Of a stretch of 39,081 bases of DNA, positions 24,606 through 32,533 are shown piece by piece; position 1 is the stretch's first letter, and every line of letters starts with the position of its first letter. The translations under genes were made by a program, and so were the position numbers. Source of the stretch: a virus. The stretch spans positions 1 to 39,081 of IMG/VR virus record IMGVR_UViG_3300023082_000006, one strand, 5' to 3'. The notes under the pieces were generated by a model, which saw nothing but the letters and a program-made list of their open reading frames with translations, was not told where the DNA came from and did not search any database.

Positions 24606-24620
24606 TTAACGCGGTAATGC
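24591..24620 (+). promoter_or_regulatory. Candidate promoter for the HTH/primase operon
   Basis: TTGACC-N18-TAATGC, lying about 30 nt upstream of the GAGAGGG-N6-GTG start at 24659. Confidence 0.35.
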
Positions 24621-24630
24621 GTATGCAAGA

Positions 24631-24658
24631 AACATACACGAAAGCGAGAGGGCTTCAA
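24631..24658 (-). promoter_or_regulatory. Candidate promoter for the recombination operon
   Basis: On the - strand, TTGAAG-N16-TATGTT. It interdigitates with the + strand promoter candidate. Confidence 0.3.
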
Positions 24659-24859
24659 GTGACATTCAACGAATGGATCAAAACCAAGGGCGTCGAGAAA
24701 ATGGCCGCCACGCTTGGGATTTCGCAGAACACTATATATAGCTGGGTCCATCGCGGATCGGTACCACGCAATGTGTGGCCTGCCATTGTTCTTGCTTATG
24801 CAGAGTTAGGCATACGAGACCTGGTCGCTATGGAAGATGCGTCCAAGGTCGAAAAATGA
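24659..24859 (+). CDS. Cro/YdaS-like HTH DNA-binding protein
   Basis: MAATLGISQNTIYSWVHRGSVPRNVWPAI is a classic HTH. GTG at 24659 has the RBS GAGAGGG; an alternative ATG lies at 24617. The track start at 24320 overlaps the antisense exonuclease gene. Confidence 0.7.
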   Translation: MTFNEWIKTKGVEKMAATLGISQNTIYSWVHRGSVPRNVWPAIVLAYAELGIRDLVAMEDASKVEK

Positions 24860-26916
24860 CCGGCGGCCTGATCGAGGAATCTATCCTCACAGAGATCAAA
24901 CAGAAAATCAGGCTGTCCGAATTTATCGGGCGCACTGTTAAGCTCCAGCGGAGCGGGAAAGAATACGTCGGCCTTTCTCCTTTCACAAAGGAAAAAACGC
25001 CGTCGTTCACCGTCAGCGACGAAAAGGGCTTTTATCACTGCTTCAGCAGCGGAAAGCATGGTGACGCTATCGACTTCCTCACAGAAACCGAAAACCTCAC
25101 GTTCACAGAGGCGGTTGACAGGCTGGCATCAGAGGCGGGCGTTTCCCTTGCGCCCAAGCCAAAGGTCAAGCCGACCGTTGTGTGTCACTACGAATATCAG
25201 GACCGTGACGGGGAGCCTTACCTCCGTGTCACTCGCTATTCCGACAAGAGTTTCAAACAGTATCATTGGAACGGCCTGGACAGCTTTGAGCCGGGTAAGC
25301 CTTCCGGTTCGGTTGTTCCGTACCGCCTGCCTGAAATCCTGGCCAATGCGGACCAGACTATCCATCTGGTTGAGGGGGAAAAATCAGCCGACTACCTCCG
25401 TTCTAAGGGTCTGCTGGCAACGACCGCTCCAGGCGGCGGAACAAACTTTCCAGTCTCAGGTGATTTTGGCGTCTGGTTTGACGGACAGAAAGTTCGTGCG
25501 TACCCAGACAATGACCCGACAGGCCATAAATGGGCCGAACGCGTTGCCAGGACGATTCCTCACGCAGAAGTAATCTGGCTCCCGGATCAACCCGAAAAAG
25601 CCGGTGCCGACGACTGGCTAGCGCGTGAAGGCAGGACGATTGACGACCTGATCAGCGCCGCGTCGCATAACTCCGACGAAACCGGAGTTATGGAGCCCGT
25701 CTCTACCGCCGTTCACGCCACGCCTTTTCAGTGGGTCGATCCACTTAACATCGCCCCCCGCGCGTGGTTGTACGGTGACCACCTAATCCGCCGTTTCGTG
25801 TCAGTCACCGTTTCGCCTGGCGGCATCGGTAAGTCATCTCTGGTGATGATGGAGGCGCTGTGCATGGCGTCTGGTCAATCCCTCCTCAAGGATGACAAAG
25901 TCCGCGTCCCTGAGCCTCTCCGTGTTTGGTACTGGAACGGAGAGGACCCACAGGACGAAACCCAACGTCGCGTCATCGCAGCCGCCATGCACCACGGCTT
26001 GACGCCTGATCAAGTTGGCGGACGGCTATTCACTGACACCGGGCGCGAACAAACCATCACCCTCGGTCAGATCGTGCGTGGCGAAATCACCTTGGATGAA
26101 ACCCTATTCGATGAGCTGGAAGCGGAAATTATCGCCCGCAGGATCGACGTTTTCATTCTCGATCCATTCGTGTCTGCGCACCGGATGGGCGAAAATGATA
26201 ACAACGCCATTGACGCGGTGATCAAGCGCCTCGGGAAGCTGGCTGAGCGAGCCAACTGCGCCGTGGAGATCGTCCACCACGTCAGAAAACCGTCTGGGGG
26301 AAACAAGGACCAGACAGACGTTAACGACGCCCGTGGTGCATCGGCTCTTATCGGGGGGGTTAGATCGGCCCGCGTGCTTAATGTAATGCCAGAGGATATC
26401 GCCAAGGAAATCGACGGCATGGCCCTTGAGGACCGCTTCTCATACTTCTCGGTCACCAGCGGCAAGGCAAACATGACCCGCCGGTCAGGCGAAGGGAAAT
26501 GGCGTCAGCTTATGGACGTGGACCTCAAGAACGGCCCGCCAGGAGAGTCCGACCGTGTCGGTGTCGTCGCTCACTACAAACTTCCCGAGAAAGCCGCCGT
26601 CCTCGACGCACTGCCCCACAACGCGGTGATGATCGCTCAGCGGGCTGCATACGATAATCCTGCTCTCACCAGATACGACACGCAGTCTCCAGACTGGTTC
26701 GGGCATCTAGTTGGGCGTCTGATGGGAATAGATTCTGTGGATGAAAAGGGAAAAAATACGCTCAAGATTGCTATCAATACGTGGGTCAAGAGTGGCGCGC
26801 TCGTTATCGAGATCAGGCCCGATCACCAAAGAAAACAGCGGCAACATGTTGCCTGCCCTCTCTCTGAAACCCCGCTGTCATCTACTCCTGTAGATGACGA
26901 CGACACGCCGTTCTGA
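24856..26916 (+). CDS. Bifunctional primase-helicase (DnaG-type ZBD remnant + TOPRIM + RepA/AAA_25-type ATPase + C-terminal winged-helix-like domain)
   Basis: SPFTKEKTPSFTV...YHCFSSGKHGDAIDF; TOPRIM (LVEGEKSADYL...YPDNDPTGHKWA); Walker A SPGGIGKSS; Walker B DVFILDPF. I chose the ATG at 24856 (ATGA overlap). Confidence 0.85.
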   Translation: MTGGLIEESILTEIKQKIRLSEFIGRTVKLQRSGKEYVGLSPFTKEKTPSFTVSDEKGFYHCFSSGKHGDAIDFLTETENLTFTEAVDRLASEAGVSLAPKPKVKPTVVCHYEYQDRDGEPYLRVTRYSDKSFKQYHWNGLDSFEPGKPSGSVVPYRLPEILANADQTIHLVEGEKSADYLRSKGLLATTAPGGGTNFPVSGDFGVWFDGQKVRAYPDNDPTGHKWAERVARTIPHAEVIWLPDQPEKAGADDWLAREGRTIDDLISAASHNSDETGVMEPVSTAVHATPFQWVDPLNIAPRAWLYGDHLIRRFVSVTVSPGGIGKSSLVMMEALCMASGQSLLKDDKVRVPEPLRVWYWNGEDPQDETQRRVIAAAMHHGLTPDQVGGRLFTDTGREQTITLGQIVRGEITLDETLFDELEAEIIARRIDVFILDPFVSAHRMGENDNNAIDAVIKRLGKLAERANCAVEIVHHVRKPSGGNKDQTDVNDARGASALIGGVRSARVLNVMPEDIAKEIDGMALEDRFSYFSVTSGKANMTRRSGEGKWRQLMDVDLKNGPPGESDRVGVVAHYKLPEKAAVLDALPHNAVMIAQRAAYDNPALTRYDTQSPDWFGHLVGRLMGIDSVDEKGKNTLKIAINTWVKSGALVIEIRPDHQRKQRQHVACPLSETPLSSTPVDDDDTPF

Positions 26917-26918
26917 TG

Positions 26919-27103
26919 TGCGCCACCCTGTGTTTTAAGGTGGCGCAAAGGTGGCGCAAAACCACCTCAGTCAGGACCGGCGGTGGGGGCTTGACTTTTG
27001 GTTGCGCCACCTGTACCCCGCTAGGCGGAGCCGTCGTCGGGGTAAATCAGGGTGGCGCAAGCCTAAAGTCTGGCGCTCCACCTAAGCCGCCGAAGTGGCG
27101 CAG
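26919..27103. repeat. Iteron cluster: GGTGGCGCA(A) in direct and inverted copies (candidate replication origin or packaging-recognition site)
   Basis: Five full copies. Forward: 26939-26948, 26950-26959 (11-bp phasing), 27051-27060. Reverse: 26919-26927 (9 bp, lacking the final A), 27002-27011. Degenerate copies: 27071-27082 and 27094-27103. Nested inverted repeats are present (27002-27011 with 27051-27060, enclosing TACCCCG/CGGGGTA). Confidence 0.8.
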
Positions 27104-27141
27104 ACTTCTACATTATCGGACTTGCCAACCCCTCCCCTTCC

Positions 27142-27149
27142 GTGGATAA
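27142..27149 (-). promoter_or_regulatory. DnaA-box-like sequence
   Basis: The - strand reads TTATCCAC(g), an 8/9 match to the TTATCCACA consensus, about 40 bp from the last iteron. A single 8-mer can occur by chance. Confidence 0.3.
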
Positions 27150-27158
27150 TCCTGCGCT

Positions 27159-27302
27159 ATGACCCTCTTCGGAATCCTGCTCATCCTCTCGTTCGTCCTG
27201 TGGGCTCTGTCCGCGACGCCACGAACCGGCGTGCCTGAGTACGTGTCGCGCTGGTCGTTCGTGGTTACGGCGGTCGTGTTTGTGTTCGGGCTGTCGGTAT
27301 GA
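27159..27302 (+). CDS. Small membrane protein, 47 aa, 2 TM
   Basis: Not in the ORF track. MTLFGILLILSFVLWALSATPRTGVPEYVSRWSFVVTAVVFVFGLSV, with an ATGA overlap onto the next gene. The RBS is weak. Confidence 0.45.
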   Translation: MTLFGILLILSFVLWALSATPRTGVPEYVSRWSFVVTAVVFVFGLSV

Positions 27303-27514
27303 GCACGCTCAAGTCCAAAGCCGGTCATGTCCTCTCTACCTCCGACGACGCAGACGCGCGCTCCCTCGCTGCGCATGTGCTGGGCGAGGACGCGCCGAAG
27401 CCGGATCGCACTCGCGAGGAACTGCAAGCCTTGCTGAGCAAGATCGAGGGCCAGGAGGGGCAACACGAGCGCGCCGCTATGGTGCGGGAACAGATCGAGG
27501 TGTTGGGTGGGTGA
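27299..27514 (+). CDS. Hypothetical protein
   Basis: 71-aa acidic, helical ORF immediately upstream of terS. Confidence 0.6.
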   Translation: MSTLKSKAGHVLSTSDDADARSLAAHVLGEDAPKPDRTREELQALLSKIEGQEGQHERAAMVREQIEVLGG

Positions 27515-27929
27515 GACCGGACGGCCCAGAATGTATCAGGACGAACAGGTCTTTGCCGATAAGGTGGAGGCCTATTTTGATGATGTCGAAGCCAAAGGCA
27601 AACACGCTACGCTCGCCGGTCTGAGCTACTTCCTTGGGTTCGCAGACAAGCAAACCTTTGTCGATTACGAGCACCACGGCGGAACCTTTCCCCTTACGGT
27701 TAAAAGGGCTCGCCTACGAATGGAGGCAGATCGCCATGATCGCGTCATCTCCAAGGACAGTTTCACGCCCGGTCTGATCTTCGACCTGAAGAACAATCAC
27801 GGCTGGAAGGATAAGACGGAGCAGGAGCTTACGGGCGCTGACGGCGGCGCTATCAAGACAGAAACTCGACTTGACGTTACAGGACTGACGGAAGAGCAGT
27901 TGCGCGCCCTTGCCAGCATTTCAGTTTAG
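27507..27929 (+). CDS. terS: Terminase small subunit (P22 gp3-like packaging protein)
   Basis: GRPRMYQ...VEAYFDD...ATLAGLSYFLGF...TVKRARLRMEAD...GLIFDLKNNHGWKDK matches the gp3-type TerS pattern. The start is a GTG. Confidence 0.75.
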   Translation: MGETGRPRMYQDEQVFADKVEAYFDDVEAKGKHATLAGLSYFLGFADKQTFVDYEHHGGTFPLTVKRARLRMEADRHDRVISKDSFTPGLIFDLKNNHGWKDKTEQELTGADGGAIKTETRLDVTGLTEEQLRALASISV

Positions 27930-29517
27930 ACCTGAAGACGTAATAGCTGCACGATACGAGTTGGCACGCAGAAGCGTTGCCGACTTTTCGTGTACAGTAG
28001 ATATTCCGACTGTTCCGCTAAGCGACGACCCAGACGAGACTCAGTTCGATACGATGCGTCAGCCTAAGCTCGCTGCGCATCACCGGCTGATGTACTCGAA
28101 ACTACAGATTCTAGGGACACCGGAAGTCCCCAATCTGATGCTTTTGCTTCCGCCTGGATCAGCAAAGTCCACGGTTGCGGACGTTGTATTCGTTCCATGG
28201 TTCATGGGCGGACATCCGCGCAAGAACGTCGGCTTGGCCAGCTACGCCAGCGACATTGCGAAGAAGCAGGGCCGTCGTGCTAGACAGCTTATCAAGGGGC
28301 GAGAGTTCGCCAAGGTGTTTCCTAACGCCCTGCTGCGTGGCGATCAGTCTGCTGCGGACGAGTGGGCCTTGGAGAACGGCGCAGAGTTCATGGCGGGAGG
28401 AATCCTGTCGGGACTGACGGGGAACCGCTTCCATGTAGGGATATGGGACGACCTCGTTAAGGGACGCCAACAGGCCGAATCGCAGACAGTCAGGGACAGC
28501 ACGTGGGACGCCTACGTTGATGACTTCTGCTCTCGCTTAGTCCCCGGTGCGCCTCAGGTCGGTATAACCACGCGCTGGCATCAGGATGACGTTGCGGGTC
28601 GCATCCTGCCTGACACGTGGGACGGGGAAAGCGGACGTGTGTGGGGTAAGGATGGTCGTTGGTGGTATGTCATCTGTCTGCCAGCCATTGCAGACCGCGC
28701 CGACGATCCTTTGGGTCGAAAGATAGGCGAAACGCTGTGGCCCGAATGGTTTGATCTGGAGCACTGGAAGCCATTCCAGAACAATGTTCGTACATGGACC
28801 AGTCTGTATCAGCAGAAGCCTACAGCAGCGGAGGGCACGTTCTTCAAGCGTGAATGGTTCAAGCGCTACGGAACAGCAGAGCGTCCTTCTAACCTGCGCT
28901 ATTACATGACGAGCGATCATGCTCCGGGCGATGCAGAAACATCAGACTGGAACGTCTTCCGTATATGGGGGATCGATGAGCATCAGCGCATCTGGGAAGT
29001 TGATGGATTTCGTGATCAAGGACGGCTGGATGTTGCCGCTGGTCTGAAGCTGGACGAAGTTACAGGAGAGCAGACTGTCGCCGATCAAGGCGCTCTGGCT
29101 CTCATCAGGAAATGGAAGCCGTTTTGCTGGTTTCCGGAGAACGACAACAACTGGAAGTCGGCAAAGCCGTTTATCGTTGCTGCCATGCGTAAGCATAAGA
29201 TCAGATGCCGCATTGAAGAGATCAGCACGCAGGGGGGCGACAAGGCCACGAAGGCTCAGCCGTTCCAGGCTAAGGCTAGTATGGGTGAGGTCTTTATCCG
29301 TTCTGGACCTGTTGGCGACGCCATCGTTGAAGAGTACGTTGCGTTCCCTGGCGGTAAGCACGATGACGAAGTGGATTGCGGCGCGAATATGGGTCGCGCC
29401 CTTGACATGGCGCACCCGGCCATTGTCCCGACCGTCGATGTAGTAGATACTAGCAAACCGCGCGATCTGTATTCGCGGCCAAGGACGGACGATGATGGCG
29501 ATGGGCTGTACGGTTGA
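27910..29517 (+). CDS. terL: Terminase large subunit
   Basis: Walker A-like LLPPGSAKST, Walker B HVGIWDDLV, coupling motif TTRWHQDD, and C-terminal nuclease acidic residues (GGKHDDEVD). The start is uncertain (TTG at 27910, overlapping terS by 20 nt). Confidence 0.85.
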   Translation: MPAFQFRPEDVIAARYELARRSVADFSCTVDIPTVPLSDDPDETQFDTMRQPKLAAHHRLMYSKLQILGTPEVPNLMLLLPPGSAKSTVADVVFVPWFMGGHPRKNVGLASYASDIAKKQGRRARQLIKGREFAKVFPNALLRGDQSAADEWALENGAEFMAGGILSGLTGNRFHVGIWDDLVKGRQQAESQTVRDSTWDAYVDDFCSRLVPGAPQVGITTRWHQDDVAGRILPDTWDGESGRVWGKDGRWWYVICLPAIADRADDPLGRKIGETLWPEWFDLEHWKPFQNNVRTWTSLYQQKPTAAEGTFFKREWFKRYGTAERPSNLRYYMTSDHAPGDAETSDWNVFRIWGIDEHQRIWEVDGFRDQGRLDVAAGLKLDEVTGEQTVADQGALALIRKWKPFCWFPENDNNWKSAKPFIVAAMRKHKIRCRIEEISTQGGDKATKAQPFQAKASMGEVFIRSGPVGDAIVEEYVAFPGGKHDDEVDCGANMGRALDMAHPAIVPTVDVVDTSKPRDLYSRPRTDDDGDGLYG

Positions 29518-29671
29518 TGAGGCGAAGGACGCCGCTGTGGACACCCGCATCGGCTCCTTTGTCGAGTCCGTTGGAGCCGTCGCCATCACCCTGCCTGAGG
29601 GTATTTCGCTGGAAGATTACATGGCCGCTCGGTTGCTGGTCGCTTACGTTGAGGAAGCGTCGAGGGGATGA
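29492..29671 (+). CDS. Possible 59-aa protein overlapping the terL 3' end
   Basis: Not in the ORF track. MMAMGCTVDEAKDAAVDTRIGSFVESVGAVAITLPEGISLEDYMAARLLVAYVEEASRG, with high GC3. Confidence 0.45.
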   Translation: MMAMGCTVDEAKDAAVDTRIGSFVESVGAVAITLPEGISLEDYMAARLLVAYVEEASRG

Positions 29672-29798
29672 CGCCTTATAGAAACACGGTAGTTCGTGCG
29701 TCATTTATGGACTGCGGATATATGTTCGCAGTTCTCGTTTATGGAAAAGTGTTTCGCTTTAAAGGGCCGCTGGTCCGTCTAGCATATCGGTTCTTTAA

Positions 29799-31694
29799 AT
29801 GACTGACGTAGCGATCTACGACCCCGAACTGGCCGCCCTCACGGAGGAAGAACTGGCCGACATGGAACGCGCGGCTGAGGTCGAACGTCTTCGTCAGATC
29901 GATGTCGCTCCCCTCAAGCGCATGGTGGACGAGTTCCGCGACGGTACTGAGGTTGGCCGTGGGTACGCGGATAGGTCGCGCCTGTACTATGATGGCGTCC
30001 AGCTTGACGGGCCGCGTCTGACGGCCCTGCGTCGCGCCCGACAGCCTCGCGTAATCCGTAACGAGATCACCCCAGCCGTCAACGGCCTGCTGGGGATCAT
30101 CCAGCAAGGCAAGGTCGATCCCAAGGCGTGGCCGCGCAATCCCTCGAACGAAGACCAGTCGGACGTGGCGAGCAAGACCCTCCGCTACGTCAGCGACTCC
30201 GTCCGCCTGCACACGGTCAAGGTTGATGCCTCGGAGAATTTCCTGATTGAGGGTATCTGCGGGGTTATGGTCGAGGCCGACGAAGCGGGCGACGTGACCG
30301 TGACGCGTGTTCCGTACACCGATGCGATCTATGATCCGCATAGTCGGGAAGCCGACTTTAGCGACGCGCGGTACAAGGGCCTTGGCCGGTGGCTCTACGA
30401 GTCCACGCTGATCAAGATGTACCCGCAGTTCTCGGAAGACCTGTCAGACGCGTTTTCCGGTTCGTGGGGCGACAGTATGGGGCTGGACCGCCCTGACAAG
30501 CCCGAGAACGGTCTGGCGACGCACTGGACCGATCCGAAGCTACGCCGCCTGTTCGTGGTCGAACTGTACCACCTTGAAGACGTGTGGATGCGGTCGGTGT
30601 TTGTCGCCGGTCGCGTGCTGGAGCAAGGGCCGTCGCCCTATCTGGACGACGACAAACAGCCGATGTGCGCCGCTGTGTTTGGGTCTTGTTACATCGACAA
30701 GGACAACCAGCGTTACGGCGTCGTCAAGTCGATGCTGTCGCCACAGGATGAGCTGAACGCCTACGCCAGCCGGGCGCTGCATCTGGCGAACAGCAGGCAG
30801 TTGCAGGTTATTCCGGGTGAGGTTCCCAACGTAGATAGCAAGACGGCTTCTCAAGAAGCGGCTAAGGCAAACGGGGTAATCCCTGAAGCATATCAGGTCG
30901 TCCCCACGAACGACCTTCTGCAATCCATCCTCGTGATGATGCAGGACGCCAAACAGGCCATCGTCCGTCAGGCTCCCACGCCTGCGGTTCTCGCGGAAGC
31001 CAGCGCGGCCAGCCAGTCTGGCCGTTCGCGTCTGGTGTTGCAACAGGCCGGTATGACGGAGATCGCACGCGCATTCGGTCGCATCGAGAATTGGGAAAAC
31101 GAGATTTACGACCACGCATGGCTGATCCTGAAACAGTTCAAGACGGAGCCATGGTTCGTGCGTATGACGGGCGATGATGGCAAGGCGAAGTTCCTGGGCC
31201 TGAATCAAGTTGAGCCGAATGCAGAGGGTGTTCCGCAGATCACGAACCGCCTCGCCACGATGGACGTTGACATTGAGGTCGAGACCATCCCCGATACGGC
31301 GAACCTTCAGGCTGAGCAGTTCGAAGCCCTTGCGCCGCTCCTGCCGCAGATCAGCGAGGCGTTCGGCGTGAAGAAGGCGCTTGAGGTCGGCCTTGCTCTG
31401 TCGTCCGTGCCTGACAAAGCGAAGATCAAGGAAATGCTGGAGGCTCCGGAAGAGATTCCGCCAGAACAGCAGGCTCAGCAGCAACAGATGGCCGCTATGC
31501 AACAGCAGGTGCAGGAGATGGCCGTGCAGATGCAGATGATGCAGGCGAAGGCTGAACTTGAGAAGACGCAGCGCGAGGCTGAGAAGATCGCCGCGCAGAC
31601 CCGTCAGATTGAGGCCGACATCGTCACGACGGCGATGGACGCGATGCGTCCGCCGGAAGAACCGCAGCGTCCAAATGATCCTTACGGCGCTTAG
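29799..31694 (+). CDS. Portal protein
   Basis: 631 aa, the first large gene after terL. The C-terminus is a Gln-rich helical barrel-like segment (EQQAQQQQMAAMQQQVQEMAVQMQMMQAKAELEK), as in P22-type portals. Confidence 0.8.
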   Translation: MTDVAIYDPELAALTEEELADMERAAEVERLRQIDVAPLKRMVDEFRDGTEVGRGYADRSRLYYDGVQLDGPRLTALRRARQPRVIRNEITPAVNGLLGIIQQGKVDPKAWPRNPSNEDQSDVASKTLRYVSDSVRLHTVKVDASENFLIEGICGVMVEADEAGDVTVTRVPYTDAIYDPHSREADFSDARYKGLGRWLYESTLIKMYPQFSEDLSDAFSGSWGDSMGLDRPDKPENGLATHWTDPKLRRLFVVELYHLEDVWMRSVFVAGRVLEQGPSPYLDDDKQPMCAAVFGSCYIDKDNQRYGVVKSMLSPQDELNAYASRALHLANSRQLQVIPGEVPNVDSKTASQEAAKANGVIPEAYQVVPTNDLLQSILVMMQDAKQAIVRQAPTPAVLAEASAASQSGRSRLVLQQAGMTEIARAFGRIENWENEIYDHAWLILKQFKTEPWFVRMTGDDGKAKFLGLNQVEPNAEGVPQITNRLATMDVDIEVETIPDTANLQAEQFEALAPLLPQISEAFGVKKALEVGLALSSVPDKAKIKEMLEAPEEIPPEQQAQQQQMAAMQQQVQEMAVQMQMMQAKAELEKTQREAEKIAAQTRQIEADIVTTAMDAMRPPEEPQRPNDPYGA

Positions 31695-31801
31695 GCGCAC
31701 GCCTATTGCAACACAGCGTCGATAGTGGCATTAATCTACCCATGGGCCGCCGCCAGTAACGGGCGTTTCGGATGACCACCGTTTAGGTCGAAGGATGGAA
31801 T

Positions 31802-32530
31802 ATGACTGACGCGATTGATCAGTTGGGTGCAGATTGGCTGGAAGAGGTCGAACAGACTTCGGAAACGCCTGAAGAGCCCGTAGTCGAGACCGCCCCTGAA
31901 CTGGAGCCGGTTGAGACGCCTGAGCCAATCGAAGACGTTGAGACGGTTGAGACCGCCAAGCCTGAGACGGTGCCGCTTGCGACACTACAGGCCGAACGGA
32001 AACGCCGTCAGGAGCTGGAGCGCCGCGTTCAAGAGATTGAAGCCGCGAAGCCTCAAGCGCCTATTCCCGATGCGTATGAGGACCCGGTTGGTTTTAACCA
32101 GCACGTCCAGAGCCAGATCGAACAGGTTCGCTGGGAGACCAAGGCAGAAATGTCCGGTTTCCAGGCCGAACAGAAGTTCGGTAAGCCGCTGGTCGAAGAG
32201 GCAATCGCATGGGCTCAGGAGCAATCGGCTCTCGACCCTACGCTGAACCTCAAGGTTCGTCAGTCCGCGTCGCCCGTTGAGTTCGTTGTTCAAGAGTACC
32301 AGCAGTCGCGGACCCTACAGACGTTGGCCGGGCGATCCTTCGAGGATGCAGCCAGGGACCACGCCATTGCTCAGGGCTGGATTGTTTCACCGGAGGTGCC
32401 GTCCTCGGCACAGCCAGACTTGAAACCATCTTCGCCCAAGCCTCCGCGCGGCCTTGCAAAAACACCGGGTACCGGAATTGCAGCCCCCAAAGATGCGGAT
32501 TGGTCGGAGGTAAAATTCGCATTGGGATAA
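31802..32530 (+). CDS. Scaffolding protein
   Basis: 242 aa with a very acidic, Pro/Glu-rich N-terminus followed by helical segments. It lies between the portal and coat genes. Confidence 0.7.
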   Translation: MTDAIDQLGADWLEEVEQTSETPEEPVVETAPELEPVETPEPIEDVETVETAKPETVPLATLQAERKRRQELERRVQEIEAAKPQAPIPDAYEDPVGFNQHVQSQIEQVRWETKAEMSGFQAEQKFGKPLVEEAIAWAQEQSALDPTLNLKVRQSASPVEFVVQEYQQSRTLQTLAGRSFEDAARDHAIAQGWIVSPEVPSSAQPDLKPSSPKPPRGLAKTPGTGIAAPKDADWSEVKFALG

Positions 32531-32533
32531 GGC

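Noticed and set aside
27051-27082. Possible tRNA-like or small-RNA stem (GGTGGCGC...GCGCtCCACC)
   Set aside because: There is no cloverleaf, anticodon arm or T-loop consensus. The pairing is simply a consequence of iteron copies in opposite orientation.
26916-27149. 77-aa + strand ORF covering the region downstream of the primase-helicase
   Set aside because: Its sequence is generated by the GGTGGCGCAA repeats (VAQRW, GGASL, and so on). It has no RBS and low-complexity composition. The region is better explained as a non-coding iteron array.
30540-31700. 386-aa - strand ORF antisense to the portal gene. Similar long antisense ORFs occur at 2216..3154, 5226..5840, 32387..33469, 33637..34176 and 36063..36548.
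   Set aside because: These are Arg/Leu/His- or Pro-rich shadow frames of clearly identifiable + strand genes (portal, SLT protein, ejection protein, coat, Gly-rich fibre), as is typical of GC-rich DNA.
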